Of a stretch of DNA of 32,000 nucleotides, positions 8,442 through 16,395 are shown one piece after another (position 1 is the first letter of the stretch; each line of letters starts with the position of its first letter). Source of the DNA: Candidatus Saccharimonadota bacterium (GTDB lineage: Bacteria > Patescibacteriota > Saccharimonadia > Saccharimonadales > Saccharimonadaceae); assembly GCA_016700015.1 (NCBI GenBank), contig CP064995.1:330001-362000 (forward strand), given 5' to 3'. The translations under genes were made by a program, and so were the position numbers. The notes beneath the pieces were generated by a model that was given only the letters and a program-made list of their open reading frames with translations, was not told the origin of the DNA and ran no database searches.

Positions 8442-11400
8442 ATGACACGTGTTGTAGCCACTACGGGCATCGCTGACTTCGATGCAGTGCGACTGGCGGT
8501 CGCAAGCCCAGAAGACATCTTGAAATGGAGTTATGGGGAAGTCACGAAGCCTGAGACAATTAACTATCGTACGCAAAAACCAGAGCGCGATGGCTTGTTC
8601 TGTGAACGAATTTTCGGTCCAGTCAAAGACATCAACCCGCATGACAACAAACTAAAGGGCGTGCGGTCGCGTGAAGCCGCTATCGACAAAAACGGTGAAC
8701 TGGTCACCAAGGCGATTGTCCGCCGTGAGCGCATGGCTCATATTAACCTGGCTGCTCCTGTAGCGCACATTTGGTTTATGCGTGGTACACCGAGCGCTAT
8801 GAGCCTGCTGCTTGGCATTACTGTTCGCAATCTCGAGCGTATCGCATACTTTGCAACCTACGTGATCTTGGCGGCCGACAATGAGAAGCGTGAACAAATG
8901 CTTGCTGATCTCGAGGCCGAAACTGAAGCAGCCCGCGTGGCGATAAAGATTCGGTACGAAAGGGAAGCTGGTGTCGAGGATGCCGATGTCAAGAAGCTTG
9001 CTGAAGCCCAAAGTCGTGAACTAGAGGAGTTGGAAGCTACTGCGGGTGTCAAGAAGGTACAGCTGGAAAGCCTTGTAAAGGGAGCCATGCTGAACGAAAC
9101 CGACTATCGTAATCTTCCTGAAGAATATGAGGAGCTTGTAACTGTTGGGATGGGCGGAACAGCCCTTAAAGCTATGCTCGACGAAGTTGATCTCCCGATT
9201 CTTATTGCCGAGCTTCAGGCAGAAGTTGAAGGTGCTAAAGGTCAACGAGAGAAGAAGCTACTCAAGCGCTTGAAGGTTCTTGAAGGCATGCAAGCTGCTG
9301 GTATCAAACCAAGTAGTCTTTGCTTGACTGTTCTGCCAGTTATTCCTCCGGACTTGCGCCCGATGGTTCAGCTAACAGGTGGTCGTTTCGCGACTAGTGA
9401 CCTTAATGACCTCTATCGTCGTGTCATCAACCGTAACAACCGCCTGAAGAAACTCATTGATCTCAACGCGCCAGAAGTGATCCGCCGTAACGAAATGCGC
9501 ATGCTTCAAGAAGCTGTTGATAGCCTGATTGATAACTCTGCGGCTCGTGGTGGTCGTGCCGTCAATGCGACTGGTGGTCGCAGGAGGCTCAAGAGCATTA
9601 GCGATATGCTTAAAGGGAAGCAGGGGCGTTTCCGCCAGAACCTGCTTGGTAAGCGAGTTGACTATTCGGGTCGTAGTGTGATTGTGGTTGGTCCAAAGCT
9701 CAAAATCCATCAGTGTGGTCTGCCAAAGCAAATGGCACTTGAGTTGTTTAAGCCGTTTGTTATTAGCTGGTTGATTCGTGGTGAGTATGCGCACAACATT
9801 CGCAGCGCAACACGGCTTATCGAAGCTGGAGAAGCAGTTGTATGGGACGCGCTTGATGCGTGTATCGAAGGAAAGTATGTCCTACTCAACCGCGCACCGT
9901 CACTACACCGCCTGAGTATTCAGGCCTTCCAGCCAGTGCTTGTCGAGGGTAAGGCAATCCAGTTACATCCGCTTGTCGCTAGTGGTTTTAATGCCGACTA
10001 CGACGGTGACCAGATGGCTGTTCACTTGCCTCTGAGTAAAGAAGCACAGGCCGAAGCGAAGGAGCTCATGAGCGCGGTTAATAACCTGCTCAAACCTGCC
10101 GACGGGAGCCCAGTGCTCAACATCAACCAGGATATCGTGCTTGGTAACTATTACCTAACATACAACAAGCCAAGTGCGCAAACGGCAACCGTGGCAGTCT
10201 TTGCCAACAGCCGCGACGCAGAGCTTGCCTATGATATGGGCAAACTGCAACTGCAAAGTCCAATTCGCGTCCGTGCGAAAGATGAAATTCGTACCACGAC
10301 GCTTGGTCGCGTGTTCTTCAACGAGATTCTGCCTGCTGATTTTCCGTACAACGACAATGTACAGAACAAGAAAGAGCTCAAAAAAGTTCTGGCGCAAATC
10401 TTTGACAAGTATGGTGCTGAAGAAACTGCGCATACTGCCGACCGCATGAAAGGTCTTGCCTTCCGTTTTGCAACGACAAGTGCCGTATCGACCGGTATGC
10501 AAGACTACCTGAGCTTTGATGAGATTAGCGAGTTTATCGCCGAAGGTGACGCTAAGACTGCGCTTGTATCTGATCAGTACGATCAAGGACTGATCACCGA
10601 TGATGAGCGCTATAGTCTAACGGTCGCGAATTGGCGCGGTGTTGACCGTAGGATTGAAGATTTCCTGCGCGTCGAGCTTGGTAAAATGGACACTAGTATC
10701 TCGACAATGGTTAACTCGGGCGCGCGCGGTAACATTACTAACGTCAAACTGGCAAGCGCCATGATTGGTATTCAGGTGGACGCTACCAACCGTGAGATTG
10801 AGCTACCAGTACGTAGCAACTTCAAACGTGGCCTTTCGAGCCTGGAGGCATTTGTGGCAACACGTGGTGCACGCAAGGGTCTGATTGACACTGCACTTAA
10901 GACGGCTGACTCGGGGTACCTCACTCGTCGTCTTGTTGATGTTAGCCAAGATGTCTTTACGGTTGAGGATCAAACCGGTGACGACGAAGGCTTTACGATT
11001 TATCGATCTGAATCAGAAATGACTATGATTGATTTTGGTAACCGCCTCTATGGTCGCTATACCGCTAAGGAAGTTCCTGGTCATGTAGGGAAAGACGAGC
11101 TGATTACTCGTGCCATTGCCAATGCGATCGAAGCTGACAGTGATGTGACTGAGGTAACTATCCAAAACGTGCTTTCAACCAACAACTTAAACGGCATTCC
11201 CCGCAAGAGCTATGGTCTTGACATGGCAACAAACGAGCTTGTAGACAACGCTCAGCCAGTCGGTGTTATCGCTGCACAATCAGTCGGTGAACCTGGCACA
11301 CAGCTAACGCTCAATACCTTCCACAGTTCTGGCGTCGGTGGTTCGGACATCACTCAGGGTCTACCGCGTGTCGAAGAATTGTTTGAAGCGCGCACTCCAA

Positions 11401-12305
11401 AGGGTCAGGCCTATATGAGTGAAGTTACCGGACTTGTCGATGTATGGGAAGATGGCAAAAGGTATGTTGTTCAGGTGACCCCAGAAGCGGGACATGTCGA
11501 ACGCATGCCGCTTGAGGGCCGTACGGTAGCAGTAAAGGCTGGGAGCAATGTCAAAGTTGGTGATGTGCTGGCCACAACTGAAGGTGAAGCGCATCCGCTC
11601 GTCGCGCCATTTGACGGTGTTGTTGAATTAGCTGAAGATACTCTAGTGATTGCCGCTAACGCTAGTGCTCCAGTACGCTACGAAATTCCCGGTAGCGCGC
11701 AGCTTGTTATTAAGGCTGGCGACCATGTGGAAGCTGGAGATCGCCTAACTGGTGGCTCACTGAACCTGCATGATCTTATGCGCCTTAAGGGTACTGAAGC
11801 TACCCAGCGCTATATCATCAATGAAGTACTACGTATATACGCCGCCCAGGGACAAGATGTGGCTGACAAGCACCTCGAGATCATCGTTCGCCAGATGTTC
11901 AGTCGTGTGCAAGTTGAGGATCCGGGCGATAGCACCTTTGTGATGGGTGATATCGTCAGCAAAGCAAGCGTAGTTGATGCCAACAAATCACTTGCAGCAG
12001 CCGGCAAGACGCTGGCGCAGTACACACAGCTTCTGCTCGGTATTACCAAGGTGTCGATTTGGAGTGATAGCTGGCTCTCCGCTGCTAGCTTCCAGGATAC
12101 GACTCGTGTTCTGATCAATGCTGCTACTAGTGGACGCGCCGACAGGCTAAACGGCCTCAAAGAAAATGTGATCATCGGACGTAAGATTCCTGTTGGAACT
12201 GGTGCTCGAGGCTACGTGCCAGAAGCAGTCGATCTCGGTGATTTCGCGACCGATGAGACAGATGTTGTCGAAGAGATTTCGGCAGCAGTCGATCTGGAGT
12301 CGTAG
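8442..12305 (+). CDS. rpoC: DNA-directed RNA polymerase subunit beta-prime
   Basis: ATG lies 1 nt after the rpoB stop, with SD GGAGGAGG inside the rpoB 3' end. Catalytic NADYDGDQMAVH. Also RAPSLHRLSIQAF and GVIAAQSVGEPGTQLTLNTFH. Confidence 0.98.
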   Translation: MTRVVATTGIADFDAVRLAVASPEDILKWSYGEVTKPETINYRTQKPERDGLFCERIFGPVKDINPHDNKLKGVRSREAAIDKNGELVTKAIVRRERMAHINLAAPVAHIWFMRGTPSAMSLLLGITVRNLERIAYFATYVILAADNEKREQMLADLEAETEAARVAIKIRYEREAGVEDADVKKLAEAQSRELEELEATAGVKKVQLESLVKGAMLNETDYRNLPEEYEELVTVGMGGTALKAMLDEVDLPILIAELQAEVEGAKGQREKKLLKRLKVLEGMQAAGIKPSSLCLTVLPVIPPDLRPMVQLTGGRFATSDLNDLYRRVINRNNRLKKLIDLNAPEVIRRNEMRMLQEAVDSLIDNSAARGGRAVNATGGRRRLKSISDMLKGKQGRFRQNLLGKRVDYSGRSVIVVGPKLKIHQCGLPKQMALELFKPFVISWLIRGEYAHNIRSATRLIEAGEAVVWDALDACIEGKYVLLNRAPSLHRLSIQAFQPVLVEGKAIQLHPLVASGFNADYDGDQMAVHLPLSKEAQAEAKELMSAVNNLLKPADGSPVLNINQDIVLGNYYLTYNKPSAQTATVAVFANSRDAELAYDMGKLQLQSPIRVRAKDEIRTTTLGRVFFNEILPADFPYNDNVQNKKELKKVLAQIFDKYGAEETAHTADRMKGLAFRFATTSAVSTGMQDYLSFDEISEFIAEGDAKTALVSDQYDQGLITDDERYSLTVANWRGVDRRIEDFLRVELGKMDTSISTMVNSGARGNITNVKLASAMIGIQVDATNREIELPVRSNFKRGLSSLEAFVATRGARKGLIDTALKTADSGYLTRRLVDVSQDVFTVEDQTGDDEGFTIYRSESEMTMIDFGNRLYGRYTAKEVPGHVGKDELITRAIANAIEADSDVTEVTIQNVLSTNNLNGIPRKSYGLDMATNELVDNAQPVGVIAAQSVGEPGTQLTLNTFHSSGVGGSDITQGLPRVEELFEARTPKGQAYMSEVTGLVDVWEDGKRYVVQVTPEAGHVERMPLEGRTVAVKAGSNVKVGDVLATTEGEAHPLVAPFDGVVELAEDTLVIAANASAPVRYEIPGSAQLVIKAGDHVEAGDRLTGGSLNLHDLMRLKGTEATQRYIINEVLRIYAAQGQDVADKHLEIIVRQMFSRVQVEDPGDSTFVMGDIVSKASVVDANKSLAAAGKTLAQYTQLLLGITKVSIWSDSWLSAASFQDTTRVLINAATSGRADRLNGLKENVIIGRKIPVGTGARGYVPEAVDLGDFATDETDVVEEISAAVDLES

Positions 12306-12322
12306 CGTCAATCACACCAAAC

Positions 12323-12350
12323 AATTACCCCGCCTGGTAGCGGGGTAATT
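12323..12350. terminator. shared hairpin between convergent rpoC and the minus-strand gene
   Basis: 11-bp perfect stem aattaccccgc / gcggggtaatt with loop ctggta. The flanks extend the pairing imperfectly. Confidence 0.6.
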
Positions 12351-12374
12351 TGTTGCAAGAAGAGTACGTAGCTG

Positions 12375-13373
12375 CTAAAGGCTTACTTTCTGAGTGGTTT
12401 TTCCATCAGCGCTGCTGCAATCGGTGCCGAAGTACGCCTTCTTAATGTCGCTCCCTGCGTAATCACTACATGGTATAAGGCCTTGTGTGCCTGTAAAATA
12501 GTGCCATACTTTGTCGGGCGTCTGGTAGAATAGACCTGCAAATCCGCCCATACCGATTTGACCGTCCATGACGCCGCTGACACCAATCTGAGCCGTCTGG
12601 TAGCCTTGAGTGCTACTCGCTTTGACAACGGGTATGCCATTAAACAATACCGTTGCATCGACGTCAGATTTGTTTGGGTAGATACCATAAAATGGTGACT
12701 GAGCTTTGGCCGTACTCACGTAGTCGCTCATATTTCCACAGCCAATTACGAATTGATGAGGACCAGCCGGGTTGTTATATGTTTTTGTATCTAAGAGTGA
12801 GCAAACGACGTCAGCCTCGGCATAGCGAATTGTAGAAGTTTCCATATCATCAACGGAGTTCAAAGTAGAGTCACTAAACCCCTTTTCTTTTAGTAGCTTG
12901 GTTATTTTTGCACGCATGACAGGGGCATCGTTTGCCGGTACTGATTGTGCGATTGATACAATCTTATTGCGATCAATGCCTGTGTAGAAATCATAGCCAG
13001 CAACTTTCAGGGGCTGGAGCATTGCGGTCGACTCATTTTCTACGGTACCCCGAAGTATTTCATTTACGGCATTTATTGTGTCAGCTGCAGTTAGTTTTTT
13101 TGAAGAAACAGGAGAGGTAGAGCTCGAGGTTGTTTGCGTCGGTATTGGCTGTTTCTCAAAATATTGCTTGTATAGTAGGAGCGTGGCGACACCACCTAGC
13201 GCTACTAGCAATAGCGCTAATACGACGACAAGTAGGGGTTTTGACCGTCGCTTCTTTTTCTCTATCACAAGCTCATTCTGGGTTTGAGCGATCAAATTCT
13301 CATTGTTCAAGTCTTGTATCGCATGATCATTATCGACCAACTGGGCTGATTGTGATGCCGGACGGTTGTTCAT
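12375..13373 (-). CDS. hypothetical single-pass membrane protein with Ser/Thr-rich linker and Cys-containing extracytoplasmic domain
   Basis: Start taken at MNNRPASQ (ATG 13373-13371), which has SD AAGGAGAGG 5 nt upstream. The predicted promoter lies inside the longer ORF-track version. TM helix PLLVVVLALLLVALGGVATLLLY, then TQTTSSSTSPVSS. Confidence 0.75.
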   Translation of the reverse strand: MNNRPASQSAQLVDNDHAIQDLNNENLIAQTQNELVIEKKKRRSKPLLVVVLALLLVALGGVATLLLYKQYFEKQPIPTQTTSSSTSPVSSKKLTAADTINAVNEILRGTVENESTAMLQPLKVAGYDFYTGIDRNKIVSIAQSVPANDAPVMRAKITKLLKEKGFSDSTLNSVDDMETSTIRYAEADVVCSLLDTKTYNNPAGPHQFVIGCGNMSDYVSTAKAQSPFYGIYPNKSDVDATVLFNGIPVVKASSTQGYQTAQIGVSGVMDGQIGMGGFAGLFYQTPDKVWHYFTGTQGLIPCSDYAGSDIKKAYFGTDCSSADGKTTQKVSL

Positions 13374-13413
13374 ATTCCTCTCCTTATATTTGACAACTAT
13401 ACTTCTCATGTTT

Positions 13414-13442
13414 ATTGTAGGTCTCTCTGAACTGTGAAGCAA
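13414..13442 (-). promoter_or_regulatory. promoter TTGCTT-17 nt-TACAAT (read on the minus strand)
   Basis: Reverse complement of 13437-13442 is TTGCTT and of 13414-13419 is TACAAT. Confidence 0.5.
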
Positions 13443-13449
13443 GTGGCTC

Positions 13450-13478
13450 TAGACAGATTCTGCAAAATTTGTTACAAT
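13450..13478 (+). promoter_or_regulatory. promoter TAGACA-17 nt-TACAAT for rpsL-rpsG
   Basis: Hexamers at 13450-13455 and 13473-13478. It lies back-to-back with the minus-strand promoter and leaves a leader of about 165 nt. Confidence 0.5.
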
Positions 13479-13643
13479 AACAAGCGAGTTTCCTCTTATT
13501 GTTTCCGGCTCAGTGTGTGAGGCGGTGGCAATTAAGACGCGCAACCCTGTGTTTGCTGCACGGGTGTCGTAAATGGCCTTATCAGCCACAATCTATAAAC
13601 GAGAAAGCGTTAGACATAACGCGCTATAGCATAAGGAATACAA

Positions 13644-14057
13644 ATGCCTACAATTAATCAGCTCGTGCGAAAACCTCGCCAGATTGCCGGGAAGAAGAGC
13701 AAATCACCGGCACTCGGGCGAATCCATAACGCACTGAAGGTTCGCTACTACGACCAAGACGCGCCGCTAAAACGCGGTGTTTGTGTCAAAGTCACGACCA
13801 AAACCCCGAAAAAACCAAACTCGGCGCTTCGTAAAGTTGCCCGCGTGCGCCTTACTAATGGTCACGAAGTTTGGGCTTACATTGGTGGCGAGGGGCATAA
13901 CCTACAAGAGCATGCTGTTGTGCTTGTTCGCGGTGGTCGTGTGCCCGATCTACCAGGTGTCCGTTACCACATAGTTCGCGGTGCGCTCGACCTGCAGGGT
14001 GTCGCAAAGCGCAAACAAGGCCGTAGTAAGTACGGTGCCAAGAAGGCGGAGAAATAG
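13644..14057 (+). CDS. rpsL: 30S ribosomal protein S12
   Basis: [12 protein letters not shown]..., [20 protein letters not shown] and [27 protein letters not shown] upstream. Confidence 0.98.
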   Translation: MPTINQLVRKPRQIAGKKSKSPALGRIHNALKVRYYDQDAPLKRGVCVKVTTKTPKKPNSALRKVARVRLTNGHEVWAYIGGEGHNLQEHAVVLVRGGRVPDLPGVRYHIVRGALDLQGVAKRKQGRSKYGAKKAEK

Positions 14058-14060
14058 TTT

Positions 14061-14540
14061 ATGCCAAGAAAAGTCACTAAGAAACTACAACGCACCATTA
14101 AACCTGATCGCAAATACCAGAGCGTACTGGTGCAACGTCTCATTAACAAGAGTATGCTTGATGGCAAGAAGTTGGCCGCTGAGCGAATGGTGTATGCCGC
14201 GCTTGAGCAGGCTGCTAAGACGCTAAAGAGCGAAGAACCACTTGAAGTGTTTGAAAAAGCTCTGAGAAACATTAGCCCGAATTTTGAAGTTAAAAGCCGT
14301 CGTGTTGGTGGTGCTAACTATCAAATTCCTTTCCCCGTGCAAGGGCACCGTCAGCTCCACTATGCATTTAGCTGGTTAGTGCAGAGTGCTCGTGGCCGCA
14401 GCGGCATTCCCTATGAGAAGCGTCTCGCGCTCGAAATTGTCGATGCCTACAATGAAACCGGCGCTGCCTTCAAGAAAAAAGAAGATACTCACAAAATGGC
14501 CGAAGCCAACCGAGCATTTGCTCATTTTGCGCGCAGCTAG
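14061..14540 (+). CDS. rpsG: 30S ribosomal protein S7
   Basis: MPRK...PDRKYQSVLVQRLINKSMLDGKK, NFEVKSRRVGGANYQIP and KKKEDTHKMAEANRAFAHF. Starts 3 nt after the rpsL stop. Confidence 0.97.
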   Translation: MPRKVTKKLQRTIKPDRKYQSVLVQRLINKSMLDGKKLAAERMVYAALEQAAKTLKSEEPLEVFEKALRNISPNFEVKSRRVGGANYQIPFPVQGHRQLHYAFSWLVQSARGRSGIPYEKRLALEIVDAYNETGAAFKKKEDTHKMAEANRAFAHFARS

Positions 14541-14558
14541 TTGCTCGCAGCAATCACT

Positions 14559-14585
14559 AAACCGCTCCACGCCTGGGGCGGTTTT
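14559..14585 (+). terminator. intrinsic terminator directly after rpsG
   Basis: 11-bp stem aaaccgctcca / tggggcggttt (one G-U pair) with loop cgcc. T run at 14582-14585. Confidence 0.55.
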
Positions 14586-14588
14586 AGG

Positions 14589-14617
14589 TTGCACTAAAGT
14601 GCACGGTCTGGCATAGT
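14589..14617 (+). promoter_or_regulatory. promoter TTGCAC-17 nt-CATAGT, 7 nt before the ATG of island gene A
   Basis: Hexamers at 14589-14594 and 14612-14617. No SD before ATG 14625. Confidence 0.45.
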
Positions 14618-14624
14618 TGAATCA

Positions 14625-15347
14625 ATGGGGGAAAAAGCACCGAAAAGTACAGATGGGTATGTATGCTCGGCGAAGAGCGCACGCCTACTTAGTCGTCTGG
14701 CGGACCATAGTGATTATGTTTATGTTGTAGGCAACCGTGTTGTCGTCGAGAAAATGATCGATACTCCCTACAACGAGCATGGAATTGTTGATACGCGCGA
14801 GCTGTTCCGCAGAGTGCTTGGGACGGTATCTACAGAATATTACTGGCAGGGGTCGTATGAGGGCCCACACCATATTATGTGGCCACGAGGGTGGTATAGA
14901 CAAAAAACCGATGGTAAACAAATTGCAATGCAGTTTCGCAATAGCCCAACACTTCGTTTGTATTTACCCAGAGATCTGCATGACTTTACACATAAAATTA
15001 CCGACCCACCTGTGCCACCGAGCAGAGATGTTATGGAACAATACATCCTCGAACAGTGCCAAGTGCAGAACCTTTACGATATTGTTCGTTTTCACGGGCT
15101 CCACGATCTTCATGGTATGGCGCATGACGACAAAGAAGCATATCGCCTAGAACGATTTCGTGAACGGCTGAGTGAAATGGAGGATGGTTACGTAGGAGTC
15201 ATGCCAAGTCGCGAGTTTCTGGCGGCTCTTCCGCTACACACGGCACGACAAGTGGTTCGATCCCTCGCGCGAGTACAGGGGCTGTCAAACGATAAAGCAT
15301 CGAGAAAAGCCTTTTTCAGCCCATCCCGCAGCCAACTTGTCGCGTAA
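14625..15347 (+). CDS. hypothetical protein with xHH / HNH (His-Me finger)-like motif (island gene A)
   Basis: PHHIMWPRGWY-x13-N-SPTLRLYLPRDLHDFTHK has the order HH...P...N...LP..H...H, as in colicin-DNase/AHH-GHH type HNH nucleases. There are no zinc Cys ligands. This is a motif-level call only. Confidence 0.55.
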   Translation: MGEKAPKSTDGYVCSAKSARLLSRLADHSDYVYVVGNRVVVEKMIDTPYNEHGIVDTRELFRRVLGTVSTEYYWQGSYEGPHHIMWPRGWYRQKTDGKQIAMQFRNSPTLRLYLPRDLHDFTHKITDPPVPPSRDVMEQYILEQCQVQNLYDIVRFHGLHDLHGMAHDDKEAYRLERFRERLSEMEDGYVGVMPSREFLAALPLHTARQVVRSLARVQGLSNDKASRKAFFSPSRSQLVA

Positions 15348-15355
15348 ATAAGGGG

Positions 15356-15385
15356 TTGCATATTTGTCAAATATGTATTTATATA
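15356..15385 (+). promoter_or_regulatory. possible promoter TTGCAT-17/18 nt-TTATAT/TATATA in the AT-rich A-B spacer
   Basis: TTGCAT at 15356-15361. The AT-rich -10 candidates at 15379-15385 lie 9-10 nt before ATG 15395. Confidence 0.3.
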
Positions 15386-15394
15386 AATAACAAT

Positions 15395-16393
15395 ATGATT
15401 GATAGACAGCCGTCTGATAAATTTAATACCACTCCTGATGAAGCTGAGTTGTTTGCTTCGCTCAATGAGCAGCTGAGCGACCCACTTGTCGAGAATATAT
15501 ACACACAGGCACGCAAGTTTTTGCAGGACGCGAACACAACCGCAACTACTAATGAAGAACTGGTCGCTATGATACGAAAACTTGACGGACAATGGCCATA
15601 TATGAATACGCCCATGTGGGTATCTGGCACGCTACATACGGCAGATGTTATATCTGGCCAGTTCCGCGCTCGACAGGTAGTTGACTTGCCGGTAATCTCA
15701 AATGGTTTTATGTTTGCACCGGCTACGACTGTTGTTGACGGTGAAGTTGTGCAAGCGGGTCATCGAATTGGTCATTCTGTGCACGTAAGAGATGATACCG
15801 GCGCAATGTCATTTCCGGGCTTCGTGAGTCTGGATGAACTTGATCATTTAGAACTTCCATTCCCATCGGTCGAGCGTAGGCTGCAGCGATTCGCCTATGA
15901 TTTTCCAGAGTATGCGGCCGACATTGATACAATTGCATTCCAGGCGCGTCGCGATGACCAAATTGTCAAAGATATCGAAGCTTTTTATTTTGATGCTGAC
16001 GTCGACGATCCGCTCGATCTTGAGGCTGTTCGTGATGCGATGGTGTACTTAACCTACAAGGCCGAACTTGAGCCCAATTTGCCGTACTATGTGTCATTTG
16101 TCGGTCCCTTCATTGGGGTTGGAAGTAACGGCGAGCCATATCCGAACTCTCTGCAATATCCCCAGCAAGGTGTGATCTCAATCCACCAAATATTGCTTCG
16201 TCCTGGCGATGTAACGATAAAACAGACCAACGGTCGTCAGCGGCTCGTACCGTTTATCGAAGCGACGCTCCATAGCGCAACGCGAGATGGGACAGACAAA
16301 CACCTTCTCATTCCCTGCGGGGGTATTCAATGGATTGAGTCTGCGCGCTATACTTCGCCGCATGTTGCGCTATTCCGAGGCAAGGAGCCGTAG
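15395..16393 (+). CDS. hypothetical acidic protein, paralog family member 1 (island gene B)
   Basis: I prefer ATG 15395 (MIDRQPSD) over the ORF-track TTG 15356, which overlaps promoter-like AT-rich sequence. Shares four ordered motif blocks with genes C and D (see findings). Confidence 0.75.
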   Translation: MIDRQPSDKFNTTPDEAELFASLNEQLSDPLVENIYTQARKFLQDANTTATTNEELVAMIRKLDGQWPYMNTPMWVSGTLHTADVISGQFRARQVVDLPVISNGFMFAPATTVVDGEVVQAGHRIGHSVHVRDDTGAMSFPGFVSLDELDHLELPFPSVERRLQRFAYDFPEYAADIDTIAFQARRDDQIVKDIEAFYFDADVDDPLDLEAVRDAMVYLTYKAELEPNLPYYVSFVGPFIGVGSNGEPYPNSLQYPQQGVISIHQILLRPGDVTIKQTNGRQRLVPFIEATLHSATRDGTDKHLLIPCGGIQWIESARYTSPHVALFRGKEP

Positions 16394-16395
16394 CG

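Noticed and set aside
13700-13780. Apparent ~13-aa insertion in S12 ([17 protein letters not shown]) relative to E. coli S12
   Set aside because: The same-length insertion is present in Bacillus-type S12 (about 138 aa). It is a normal Gram-positive-type feature, not an anomaly.
15188-15592. 134-aa minus-strand ORF spanning the A/B gene junction
   Set aside because: It overlaps the ends of two better-supported plus-strand genes and the AT-rich promoter-like spacer, and has no SD.
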